This document shows positions 1 through 10,660 of a DNA stretch of 64,000 nucleotides, one piece after another. Positions within the stretch are counted from its first letter, which is position 1. Each line of letters begins with the position of its first letter. The DNA comes from Octopus bimaculoides (Eukaryota). A model generated the notes under the pieces. It ran no database searches, was not told the origin of the DNA, and was given only the letters and a program-made list of their open reading frames with translations. The position numbers were made by a program, and so were the translations under genes. The DNA lies in NCBI RefSeq assembly GCF_001194135.2, contig NC_068989.1, positions 95,930,042-95,994,041 on the forward strand. Direction: 5' to 3'.

Positions 1-365
1 CTACAACATCACTATTCTCTCTCCTACACTGTCTTGCAACACGAAATACCTCGAGTCTTTGGTCCTCACGGCGCAGAACATTGGCAAATCTTTTCTTATC
101 TGCTTCCCCTCTGGCTAAATAAACCTGTCACCTAGCCTCCCTTCTGGCACATTGGTACAATTCCCTGCTACCACCGTTCTTCCAGTCCTTCCAAGCCTGT
201 TTCTTTTGTCTAATAGCCCTGTCTACCTCCTTGTTCCACCACCACGTTACTCTGGGTCGGGAGGGGACCTTACACCACCCACAAATCTGGTCGGTGGCTT
301 TCAACAGGTTGTCCCGCAGATGTTCCTCTTTACTCTGCTCCGAGTGGGGATCTCAAGTAGCTGTT
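1..365 (-). mobile_element. RTE-clade LINE ORF fragment (linker between endonuclease and RT), decayed
   Basis: Minus strand translates to LLKATDQICGWCKVPSRPRVTWWWNKEVDRAIRQKKQAWKDWKNGGSRELYQCARREAR*QVYLARGEADKKRFANVLRREDQRLEVFRVARQCRRENSDVV. The WWN..V..AI..K..AWK and AR..Q pattern is typical of RTE elements. One in-frame stop; runs off the window start. Confidence 0.85.
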
Positions 366-2115
366 ATTTAACCCCATCTTGTCACTGACAGACTTAAAAT
401 CATGGTATTCCATCCATGGCAATTTCATCAGTGTCCCATAGTTGGGACTACATTATCTAATGCAGTCAGAAGGTAGGATACAATTCAAGAGGGACTTGCC
501 AACTGTCTCAGTCAAGCTTCAACGTAGTCCATCCTTTGTTCATCCTCTGGTAGGTTTAGTCCACTTCCTCCTTTGTGCCTAATTCAATTCTTATTATTGT
601 GACCATTGGCTATTTTTGGGTGAAATATATTTCTGGACCAGGGAAAAATCTGATTCAGTTTAACTGGACGCTTGACATTTAATTCAGTTGCTTGAAACTC
701 GATTCTGAGTTGGAATTTTACCAATTCACAGGGAATTAGGGATCAGAGAAAGGGAAAAAGTAGAGAGGGACACACACACACACTAAAGAACCAGGTAAGA
801 AATAATATCCTGCAGGTTGTTGTGGACGCCTCAAGACTGCTTCATTAGGTTGCAACCAAAATATCTTTAAAATAAAACTGATTTACAAAAATCAGTGAAG
901 GAAAAGAGAAAAAGAAGTTGGAATTAATATTTCACTCGTGTAGTATTTTAACATTTTGTAGGCAGAATGTAAGATTAACTGTTAAAAAAGAATTTAATTA
1001 ATAATTTAATGATATGTCATGATAATTAAAATGTGTCGGCCATGCTGGAGCAAGCTCTGCAGTTTGTTTAATAATCAAGTGTTGGAGCCGGTAAAAGGAA
1101 TTGGTGCGAGTGGTGAATCGTATAAGTGTCAGTGAAGTAAATAAGTAAGAGTTGAATCCTATTTACTTAACAAAGACATAACTTACAAAATTGTTGATAG
1201 AGAAATTTTTTTTTTCTGACTGTTGATAAATGAAACTAAGTAGATAAGTTTGTCCAAAATTTATTAAGACTGTTGAAGTAATGGTTTATTTGTTGTTGTT
1301 TTTTTTTTTACTATAACAAACTTTATTTTAGTATATTTATTTCTCATTTGTTTATTTGGTTGTGAGAGATTACTCATTTGACCAGGAAAAACTTGGCAAC
1401 ATTTTAAAAAGAAAATGCAAATACAGTAAGACCAGAAGACTAGCACAGTTCTTTTGGTCCAAACATTTTGAACTTAGATTAAATATAGTGGTTATGTTGA
1501 GGAGGTACAATATTCATGTGGTTTGTGATCGCATGGTGAAGTGTTCAAAGCCCACCACTTTCCTGTTTGTAAAGTTGGTACCTGTATACTTGGTAGAGTG
1601 AGCCAAGAAATTTTAGTTAGAATTACTCTGTTAATGATGAGAGCAATAACTTGGCAGAAACAGTAGGGGCAGATAAACCTGAAACTTCTATTAATTAAAA
1701 TTAATTAAATACAAAATTGTTTCAACAAATGTCATCTTATCTCTGTTAGCAATATATGTCTTGAACATTATAATCCTGGTGGAGCCGATCTCCACAAATG
1801 ATCAATGGTGATTTCTTCTGAAGACATGGAAATAAGAAAGGTAAAGAGGAAGAGAAGATGTACACAAAATCATTGCTGTCCGTATTTAGTCTTGTGAAAT
1901 TAGACCATATAAAGTCTTTCATCAGATTGGACTATGAAGTCAGCTGACCAGTTTTGTTATCACTTGTTAAAATCCTCTTGTTTCCCCTCCCCAAGATGTC
2001 GAACCTAAATAAAACTTGACGTGTAGACAAATATGTTTTCTAAGTTCACTAACTCATTGATGTAGTGGTTCAAGGTTAACAGTTTGGAAATAATTATTAA
2101 AACACCAAAACAATG

Positions 2116-2137
2116 CAAGTCATGAATTCATGACTTG
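2116..2137. repeat. Perfect 22-bp palindrome
   Basis: CAAGTCATGAATTCATGACTTG is its own reverse complement. Confidence 0.95.
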
Positions 2138-2635
2138 GCTGTACTTTAAAATTAGGTCCTTTTCGCAGTTAAAATTGGGAATGGAGAAATATGTGAGCTG
2201 GCTTTATCATTGATTAATCATCACCTAATCATCTGGTGTCCTTTTGATCTGGTGATTGATACTTCCAAAATTATAACTATAGAACAAATTTAACTTTCTA
2301 CACAGAATAATTTTCGAAACCTTTGAAAATATATATTTGACATAAATATTCAACAAGGATTTCTTGAATTCCATTTACTTTGGATAAATCCCCTTTGTAT
2401 ATATGTTTTATTGAAATGTATATAATTGATTTTCTGGCAAGAGGGGTGAGGGTTATTTTGACATTGTTTTTGAAAACTTTTTGTCTTTCATTTCCTTTGA
2501 AATAGTCAGCATTTTTAATAGTGAATCATCTGAGAATGATGTGAGATTTTGTACATCTAATTTCCAGGTCCTTCATTGAAGGCAAAAACATAAATGTATA
2601 AAACTATGAGATTTGAAATATATATTTTTTTTTTG

Positions 2636-2840
2636 CTTATTTTACTTATTTCAATCGTTTGATTGTGGCCATACTGGGGCACTGTTGTGAAGGGTTCAGT
2701 CAATCAAATCAACCACAGTACTTTCTTTTGTCTTTTTTTGGATAAAGTCTGGTACTTACTCTATCAGTCTCTTTGGGTAAGATATGGGGTTGTAAACAAA
2801 ACAACACCAGTCAAGTGATGATGGTGGGCAACACAAACAC
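2636..2840 (-). mobile_element. SINE 3' half (tail type A), degenerate
   Basis: Shares the tggccatRctggRgcac..gtactta motifs with the copies at 3.77, 34.67 and 54.48 kb. Confidence 0.65.
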
Positions 2841-3764
2841 ATTGTTGACTTCATGAGAATTTTGTATTGAGAGAACATGAGATGATTATTTTTTTGGAAC
2901 TTTGTATCTTGAAGCACATCACATAAAGCTATAAATAATAGCATGTACATATTGGGTTGAAAACCCCTTTATCATGAAAGTTCTTCCTTGTTATTTATCC
3001 AGCATGCTAATAATTCTACCATTTCATTGCCTTGATGATGACGACAGCGATGACGACAACAATGATAATATTCTCCAAGAGAATGTGTATTGATCCACTT
3101 AATACTTTAAGATCTCAACTTAAGCACTAACACTTTGGACTTTTGAGATTCCATAAATAATTAACTTTTAATGAAATATTTGTAAACTTGTGTTGGGTTC
3201 TCAAGAGTTCTTTCTGAATCCCTGCATCACTCTGCTACTTTTATAAAACCAAATCCTCAATATTTTTTTGTTTTGTTGTTTCCGAATGTAACCCATTTCA
3301 GTTTTTTTTTTCTTGGTTACTTAGGGAAAATTATGATCAACGCCCCATTACCACCCTGTTTGTATCAAAATCTGTGGCATTCTGTTTAGATGAAAGCAAT
3401 CGATACTTGAACATTTATTAGCTGCAGCAACTCATTGATTTTAGAGAATGGTTTTCAGAACCTCATGTATTTCTGGAATATAGTGTAGAATGCAACAGAA
3501 ATTCTTTGGTGTTTAATAATCAGGTGGAATAGGAGGTACTGTGAGTAATGGTAAGAGGAGACCAGCAGAGGAAATAATATTGTAATGTTTAATTTTTTTA
3601 AATTTTCCTATCTTTTAAGGTTAACGGGTGGTGATTCCACCCCCTCATCTTTCCTTTTAATTGTTGTTCTGTGCAAATATAAGAAATCTGATAGCGAATA
3701 TTATATTTCATGTTACACACCCAGACATAACATGCTATCATCATCATCATCAAAAATGATCTTT

Positions 3765-3967
3765 TATCTTTTACTTGTGTCAGTCATTGCACTGTGGCCA
3801 TGCTGGAGCACTGCCTTGAAGGGTTTTAGCTAAACAACTCAATCCCGGTACTTATTTTTTAAGTTTGCTATTTTTTCTATTGATTGATCTCTTTTGCCAA
3901 ACTGCTAAATTATGGAAATGTAAACAAACCAACACTGGTTGTTAAGCAATGGGTGGGGAAAACAGAA

Positions 3968-4016
<49 letters not shown>

Positions 4017-4155
4017 TTCACACACAATATCTGTCAACCAAATTCATTCACAAGGCATTAGTAGGGCTATAGTAGACGAGACTTGCCCAAGGTGCCACGT
4101 AGTAGGACTGAACCTCAGACCATGTGGTTTTAAAGTGAGCTTCTTAACCACCTTG
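3765..4155 (-). mobile_element. tRNA-derived SINE: head + internal (GT)n + tail type A
   Basis: Minus strand has a head with B-box-like ggttcagtcc and ggcaccttgggcaagt, an internal (CA)n at about 3971-4012, and a tail ccagcatggccacagtgcaatgact. Multi-copy in the window. Confidence 0.85.
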
Positions 4156-4404
4156 TCATGCTGAAAATAACACTTTGATGTATTTTCTTTAAACTGGTGA
4201 TTATATCTGACCCAGCATCTTTGAGTTGGTGATTATATCTGACCCATGTTCACATTTAGATTTTCTCTCTCAAATGAAGATTTTATTCTGTTGCTGCCAA
4301 ATGAAACTCTCACTCTCTGTGTTATTTTGATCCTTTTATTCTTATCTTCATATTTCTGCCCCCTCAGTTGCACCCTTTTCTCTTCAAGTCATTTGTAAGA
4401 TTTG

Positions 4405-4575
4405 CTATGTGGCGGTTTGACTGAGCGACTCACTTTGCAACAATGTGGTTCCAGGTTCAGTCCCACTGTGTGGCATCTTCAGTTGGTGTCTTCTAATACA
4501 ACCTGGGCTGACCAATACCTTGTGAGTGAATTCGGGTAGACAGAAACTGAAAGAAACCTGTAGCACATACATATA
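4405..4575 (+). mobile_element. tRNA-derived SINE head
   Basis: atgtggttccaggttcagtcccactgtgtggcatc...ccttgtgagtgaattcgggtagacagaaactgaaagaa; homologous to the heads at 24.8 and 27.4 kb. Confidence 0.8.
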
Positions 4576-4581
4576 TATATA

Positions 4582-5010
4582 CATCATCATCATCGTTTAA
4601 CGTCCGCTTTCCATGCTAGCATGGGTTGGAGAATTTGACTGAGGACTAGCAAACCAGATGGCTGCACTAGGCTCCAATCTGATCTGGTAGAGTTTCTACA
4701 GCTGGATGCCCTTCCTAACACCAATCACTCCGAGAGTGTAGTGGGTGCTTTTACATGCCACTGGCACGAGGGCCAATCAGGTGGTACTGGCAACAGCCAT
4801 GCTCAAATGGTGTTTTTTATGTGCCACCTGCACAGGAGTCAGTCCAACAGTACTGGCAACAACCTCACTCGAATATTTTTTCACGTGTCAGTAAGGCGAC
4901 GCTGGTAACGATCACACTCAAATGGTACTTTTCACGTGCCACCGGCACAGAAGCCAGACAGTTCTGGCAATGATCCTGCTTGGATGGTGCTGTTAGTGCT
5001 CCACTGGTGC
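4582..5010 (-). mobile_element. RTE LINE 3' UTR with (ATG)n tail and internal tandem units
   Basis: catcatcatcgtttaacgtccgctttccatgctagcatgggttgg is near-identical to 20505-20550, which adjoins an RTE ORF end; four units of about 50-65 bp follow. Confidence 0.85.
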
Positions 5011-6039
5011 TGTTAACATTCCACTGGCATGGACTGAACTCACAGAAAGTTCACAGACTGGTTTCAATTTCATGCCAAAGCCATTTGTCTTCACTTGTGC
5101 ATTTCACAACTTTTCAGTTCTTACCAAATTGTGTGTTTAGGGCTTTTATTCTGCAGTCAGTTTGAAGAGAAACTAATAAAGACTACAAACTGCAAGACAT
5201 TGATTTTATCTCAGAGTTCTAAGCATAATACAATACATGATGTAGATCTTCAAATGTTGAGATACCTGTAATAAAATGTCCACCATTTTTTACAAAGATT
5301 AGGTTAGAATGTACATATTTATTTTCTGTGATGTTATTGTAACTTGTGTTATGTTTCAAAGCATAACTCTACACATTGCAAATCTTCAGATATGTTTGCA
5401 ATAAAATTGCAACAATTAATTCAGAATGTATCTTTATTTTTGTGACAATATTTATAGCTATAAGAGGACATGAGACTTTCATTTTAAATTTTAGCAATAT
5501 AATCCCATTGTCTACTGTTTCTGTTTATATTTTATTTCTCTTCTCGTTGATTTCATTTGCTTTTATTCAGATATTGTTTAGAGCTTTAAAGTTTTAATGA
5601 AATAAGGGATAACCCCCCCCCCCCTTCATATTAAATATAATCTCCTAAAGTGAGTTTCACCTGTAATACATAGAAATGTAGTTTCGGAATCTATAATTCT
5701 TATCTTTCTAGAGACTTGACAGCATCATAAGATTTCTTGACAGCTTAAGGACAGAAAATAAACACAGTTGGAATATTATTGACAAACTTCCAGTATCTTA
5801 TATACTGGTATGTTGGTCATGTATTTGTGTATATAAGAAATAAGAATTGATGCCGGCAAGACGAAAGCTTGTGGTTGGTCAAGTCTGAGAGAATCAGTTC
5901 GTGTTTTGGATTTTCTCAGCTGTACTCCACCTCATCAACAGCCAAAACTGATAGGTTTTGCTAGCTCTGGATCCCCTGGCTATATATATATATATATATA
6001 TATAAGATAGATAGATAGATAGAGAGAGAGAGAGGAAGA

Positions 6040-6180
6040 GATGGGTCTTTGGTTAAGCAGTTTGCTTTGCAACCATGTGGCTTTGTGTTCATTTCTACTT
6101 TGTGATGTTGTTACCTGGTGTCTTCTAAAATAACCTCAGGCTGACCAACACATTGTAATCAAACAGGTAGCTGGAAAATG
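6040..6180 (+). mobile_element. Degenerate SINE head
   Basis: ttgcaaccatgtgg...tcttctaaaataacctcaggctgaccaa matches other heads in the window. Confidence 0.55.
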
Positions 6181-6218
6181 TTGGACAGCCATCATATATC
6201 TTTCTATTTATCTATTTA

Positions 6219-6256
<38 letters not shown>

Positions 6257-6575
6257 NNNNNNNNNNNNNNNNNNNNNNNNNNNNNNNNNNNNNNNNNNNN
6301 NNNNNNNNNNNNNNNNNNNNNNNNNNNNNNNNNNNNNNNNNNNNNNNNNNNNNNNNNNNNNNNNNNNNNNNNNNNNNNNNNNNNNNNNNNNNNNNNNNNN
6401 NNNNNNNNNNNNNNNNNNNNNNNNNNNNNNNNNNNNNNNNNNNNNNNNNNNNNNNNNNNNNNNNNNNNNNNNNNNNNNNNNNNNNNNNNNNNNNNNNNNN
6501 NNNNNNNNNNNNNNNNNNNNNNNNNNNNNNNNNNNNNNNNNNNNNNNNNNNNNNNNNNNNNNNNNNNNNNNNNNT

Positions 6576-6770
6576 GTCAGTGTCTTTTACCAAACCGCTA
6601 AGTTACGGGAATGTAAACACAGCAACATCAGTTGTCAAGCAATGATGGGGGTACAAACACAAGACACAGGCACACACATACACAAATATACACATATATA
6701 CGACAGTCTGCTTTCAGTTTCCGAGTACGAAATCCACTCAAGACTTTGGTCAGCGTGAGGCTATAGTAAG
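6576..6770 (-). mobile_element. SINE internal part, next to a gap
   Basis: accgctaagttacggg..gtaaacacagcaacatcagttgtcaagc..ttcagtttcc..aatccactca..gaggctatagta. Confidence 0.75.
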
Positions 6771-6771
6771 C

Positions 6772-6839
<68 letters not shown>

Positions 6840-7130
6840 AAAAATAAAAATTAAAATTGAAAAATATAAAAAAAGGGTTTTGTATGATCGTGTATAGAGG
6901 AATATATTATTTAAAAGAGTTCTAACTTTGTCTGTTTTTTTATGTTTTATTTATATTCTTATAAAATTAATGTGGGATATAGAATATGGAATATATAATA
7001 TAAATAGTAAAATAAAATGAAGTATTGAATGTCTTATTGAATATATGAAATATTGAGTATTGAATATAGAGAATTAAATATATAAAGGCTAGTATACTTT
7101 CATGCCTATTGCCATTCATCAAGGCCCCGT

Positions 7131-7173
7131 CTGACAGATGTACTGCACAGTACATCTGTCAGTACATCTGTCA
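7131..7173. repeat. Perfect 14-bp-stem hairpin followed by a direct repeat of one arm
   Basis: CTGACAGATGTACT-gcac-AGTACATCTGTCAG, then TACATCTGTCA again. Confidence 0.95.
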
Positions 7174-7185
7174 TTTATATATATA

Positions 7186-7345
7186 TGACAGGCTTCTTCC
7201 AGTTTCCATCTACCAAATCCACTCATAAGGCTCTGGTTGGCTTGGGCTTATAGTAGAAGACACTTGCCCAAGGTGCAACAGAGTGAGACAGAACCCGGAA
7301 CCATGTGGTTTGGAAGCAAGCTTCTTACCACACAGCCACGCCTGC
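7186..7345 (-). mobile_element. tRNA-derived SINE head
   Basis: gacaggcttcttccagtttccatctaccaaatccactc...gacacttgcccaaggtgc...gaacccggaaccatgtggtt...ttaccacacagccac. Confidence 0.85.
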
Positions 7346-7346
7346 A

Positions 7347-7379
<33 letters not shown>

Positions 7380-7917
7380 CTTTTTTACTTCTCTTCTGAA
7401 TATTTCTTCATGCTACCATCATCATCATCATCATCATCATTTTCAAACTACAAAATTTTTTAATGGCATCATGGTTTTGTATAGTTTTACTGGTGTTCTT
7501 TGTTGTTGTTTGTTAGTTTTTTTTGTTTTCGCTTTTGTTGTTTAAATTGTAGATTTTCATCAGATTAAGCTGAATCATTTCCTTACTGTACATAATTACT
7601 CACTTTGTGGTGTTGTATATATTTCATAAAGCTAAATATAATTCTTGTGCAAATGTGTTTAGATCATCTGAAACATTTCTTTAAAACACTTTGAAATTGA
7701 GCAAAAATGTTTTCTCATTATGAGAAATAAAAACAACAAAAAAAAGAAAAGGAAAATAAAGCAAATAAGTAAATAAATATTTAAAAGAAGTAAATATATA
7801 AGAAAACCCAAAATATCTTGTAAAAATTCTCTCCCCACCCCTCTTTTTTCAATATCTGAAGTGGCTGACAAGTATTATGTTTACTGTATAAACAAACATC
7901 AGTAAGTGTATATATTT

Positions 7918-8206
7918 GTATATATATATATATCCTGATGGAGAGTTTATCTTTTAACTAGTTTCTTTATATACATCTATACAAAACCACAAAACCAATT
8001 CAAAGAAGAAATATATATATTTACATATTCTTATACACACACGAACACACATATATGTACCCCAACAAATATATACTTGTATATATATATATATCCTGAT
8101 GGAGAGTTTATCTTTTAACTAGTTTCTTTATATACATCTATACAAAACCACAAAACCAATTCAAAGAAGAAATATATATATTTACATATTCTTATACACA
8201 CACGAA
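7918..8206. repeat. Exact duplication of about 125 bp (161-bp period) ending at an N gap; probable assembly artefact
   Basis: cctgatggagagttt...tatacacacacgaa starts at both 7934 and 8095; the second copy ends at the gap. Confidence 0.85.
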
Positions 8207-8224
8207 NNNNNNNNNNNNNNNNNN

Positions 8225-8269
<45 letters not shown>

Positions 8270-9109
8270 AGACATATAATTCTAGATAGAGCATTTAAAG
8301 AATAATGTGTGTGTGTGTGTGTGTGTGTGTGCGTGCGTGTGCAAAGGTATATATCTAGTAACAGATAGCAAGATCATTCCAAGAATACTTGTCTCTTTCT
8401 CAATGGGGTGACAGGAATGGAGTTTGTTGCAACCCTTTGTCATATCTGCCACACCTTTGTTGAACTGTTCAAAAATGTATAAATAACTCTGACAAGTCTT
8501 TGCTGCTCTTCATTCCACACCGTTTCTTCTTCTCTCTCTCTCTCTCTCCCCCCCTCCCTCTCCCTGGGCTGTCAAGCCTTTGGAATTCTCTTCAGTTCCT
8601 CTGCTAGCCTTCATAGTTTCTCTCACAATACCTTTTTCCTTAGCCTACAGCATAGCTGTCAGGTGTTAATTTCTATACTAAGTAGCAGAGGCAGGAGAGG
8701 AGGAACAAGGGGGGTGGAGAGCAAAGAAATATGCTTGTGTTTGTTCTCCTTTTCTCTCTCCTCCATTTTCTTTTTTTTTATTGTTGGTCCATGTGTTTGC
8801 ATTTATGTATTTGTGTGTTTTATCCATGAATCTGACTATACTCTTGGGTATGTAATTGCTCATGTGTACTTGAAAGTTTGCACAATTATGTTTGTATATA
8901 GACACTTCCATACGTGTGTGTGTGTATGTGTGTATGTGCGTATATACATGTGTGTACATTTTACATATCTTTGTGATCTGTATGTGAGAGAGAAACAAAC
9001 AGACGGACAGACAGATGGAGATCAAGTATACTATTTGTGAAAATACTTTGAATATTAGATGAATGCACTTGAAACTTATTTCTTTATATTTCTGTCTTTC
9101 ATCTACACA

Positions 9110-9149
<40 letters not shown>

Positions 9150-9420
9150 CATTTATCAACAGCACTATCTCAATATATAGCTTTCCTGTTAAATGTCTGC
9201 TTCTAAAATGGCGAATTACATTAATTGGTTACTAAATAGCAAACGATGTGAGAGATAATATTAGCAATATTATCTATAGTCTGTGACAGGTTGAAATACT
9301 CCAAATGGTATTTATTACAAGATGCATTGTCCAGTTCTTCATTGAAATAATATGCAGACTCATAGCTGTGTAGTCTTGCTTTGAAGTCAGGATCCCAAAG
9401 AGCTTTTCCATCATTTAGAC

Positions 9421-9716
9421 CAGGGCTTCTCAACTGGGGTCCTTATGACCCTTTGAGTCTAGATGAGATTTGGTTGTGAAAATTTATTTCCAATGAATTC
9501 CTTACACTTCTACAATACACAAAATCTCTTAATTTTTTAAAAACAATTCCTAATTATATTTATCTCATTTAGTTCGTCCCATAGGATGCCCCTAATAATA
9601 TTTAATTACAAAAATTAAATAAGATTTTTAAACATGGAATGGCTATGACGGTGCACCCAAGTAAAATGGGAATCAAAAGGGGTCGACAGGCAAAAAAAAT
9701 GGTTGTGAAGTATCTG
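9421..9716. mobile_element. hAT/Charlie-like MITE, degenerate
   Basis: Starts CAGGGCTTCTCAAC after ATTTAGAC (resembles the NTCTAGAN Charlie target). Ends ggggtc..aaaaaaatggttgtgaagtatctg, a decayed GGTTGAGAACCCCTG. The right target-site duplication is not recoverable. Confidence 0.55.
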
Positions 9717-9799
9717 ACAATTCTTCAGTATTGACTCCTTCTTCTTCTTCTTCTTCTTCTTAAATTACCAATGATAGTAGCTTAAAGATACTTCTTCCC

Positions 9800-9924
9800 A
9801 AGCAGCTGGTTTTGGGTTCAATTCCATTGCATTGGGCAAATGTTTTCTACTCTAACCCCAAACAAAACCTTGTGAGTGGATTTAGTAGACAGAAACTAAA
9901 AGAAGCCTCTTGTATGTATGTGTA

Positions 9925-9961
<37 letters not shown>

Positions 9962-10185
9962 ATTCGGATATACCTGTGCCTTGACATGTGTTGGTTGTAA
10001 ATGAGCATCATTGTCATACAAGCAGTGTGGTTTGTTTCCAGTTTTACATGGAAAGTATGTCTAACCATAGGGAAATAGGTGAAGGTTGGTGACAGGAAGG
10101 GCATCCAGCCATAATAAATCTGCCATGAAGTTTCAGCTGACCCATGCAAGCATGGAAAAGTGGACGTTAAATGATGATGATGACT
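9800..10185 (+). mobile_element. SINE: head + (GT)n + RTE-derived tail (type B)
   Basis: Head ccttgtgagtggatttagtagacagaaact, then (GT)n, then aggaagggcatccagcc and cccatgcaagcatggaaaagtggacgttaaatgatgatgatg, which matches the RTE 3' end. Confidence 0.8.
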
Positions 10186-10346
10186 AAAAGTTGATATTGC
10201 TGTGTGTTGAAATGGGTTCTGATGAGGATGCTTTTAGGTAAAGTACATGATGCTGGTGGTGGTGGTGTTACTCTTCAACAATAACAACAAAAGCTCACAG
10301 CACAAAATCAATAAACCTGGCTGACTCTGCCTTTAAATTTTCTTTA

Positions 10347-10660
10347 CTAGATGATTCTATATTCCCTTGGATGACTTCATATTCCCCTGAAGGATTCCAT
10401 ATTCTCCTAGATGACTCTATATCACCTTGGATGACTCCATATCCCCCTGGATGACTCCTTATTCCCCTGGATGACTAAATCTCCTGGGATGACTCCATAT
10501 ACCCCTGGATGTCTCCATATCTCCCTAGATGTCTCTATCCTCCTGGATGACTCTATACTTCTCTGGATGACTCCATATTCTCCTGGATGACTCCATATTC
10601 TCCTGGATGACTCCTTATTCCCGTGGCTGACTATATCCTCCTAGGTGACTCCATATTCCT
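10347..10660. repeat. Minisatellite, 16 units of 17-21 bp (consensus CTGGATGACTCCATATTCYC)
   Basis: Units counted directly; the modal 20-bp length is not a multiple of 3. Confidence 0.95.

Noticed and set aside
7918-8206. Real tandem duplication
   Set aside because: The copies are identical and the second ends at an N gap; most likely a contig-overlap artefact.
10347-10660. CRISPR-like or repeat-protein interpretation of the 20-bp array
   Set aside because: No unique spacers, eukaryotic context, no cas genes, and the unit length breaks frame.
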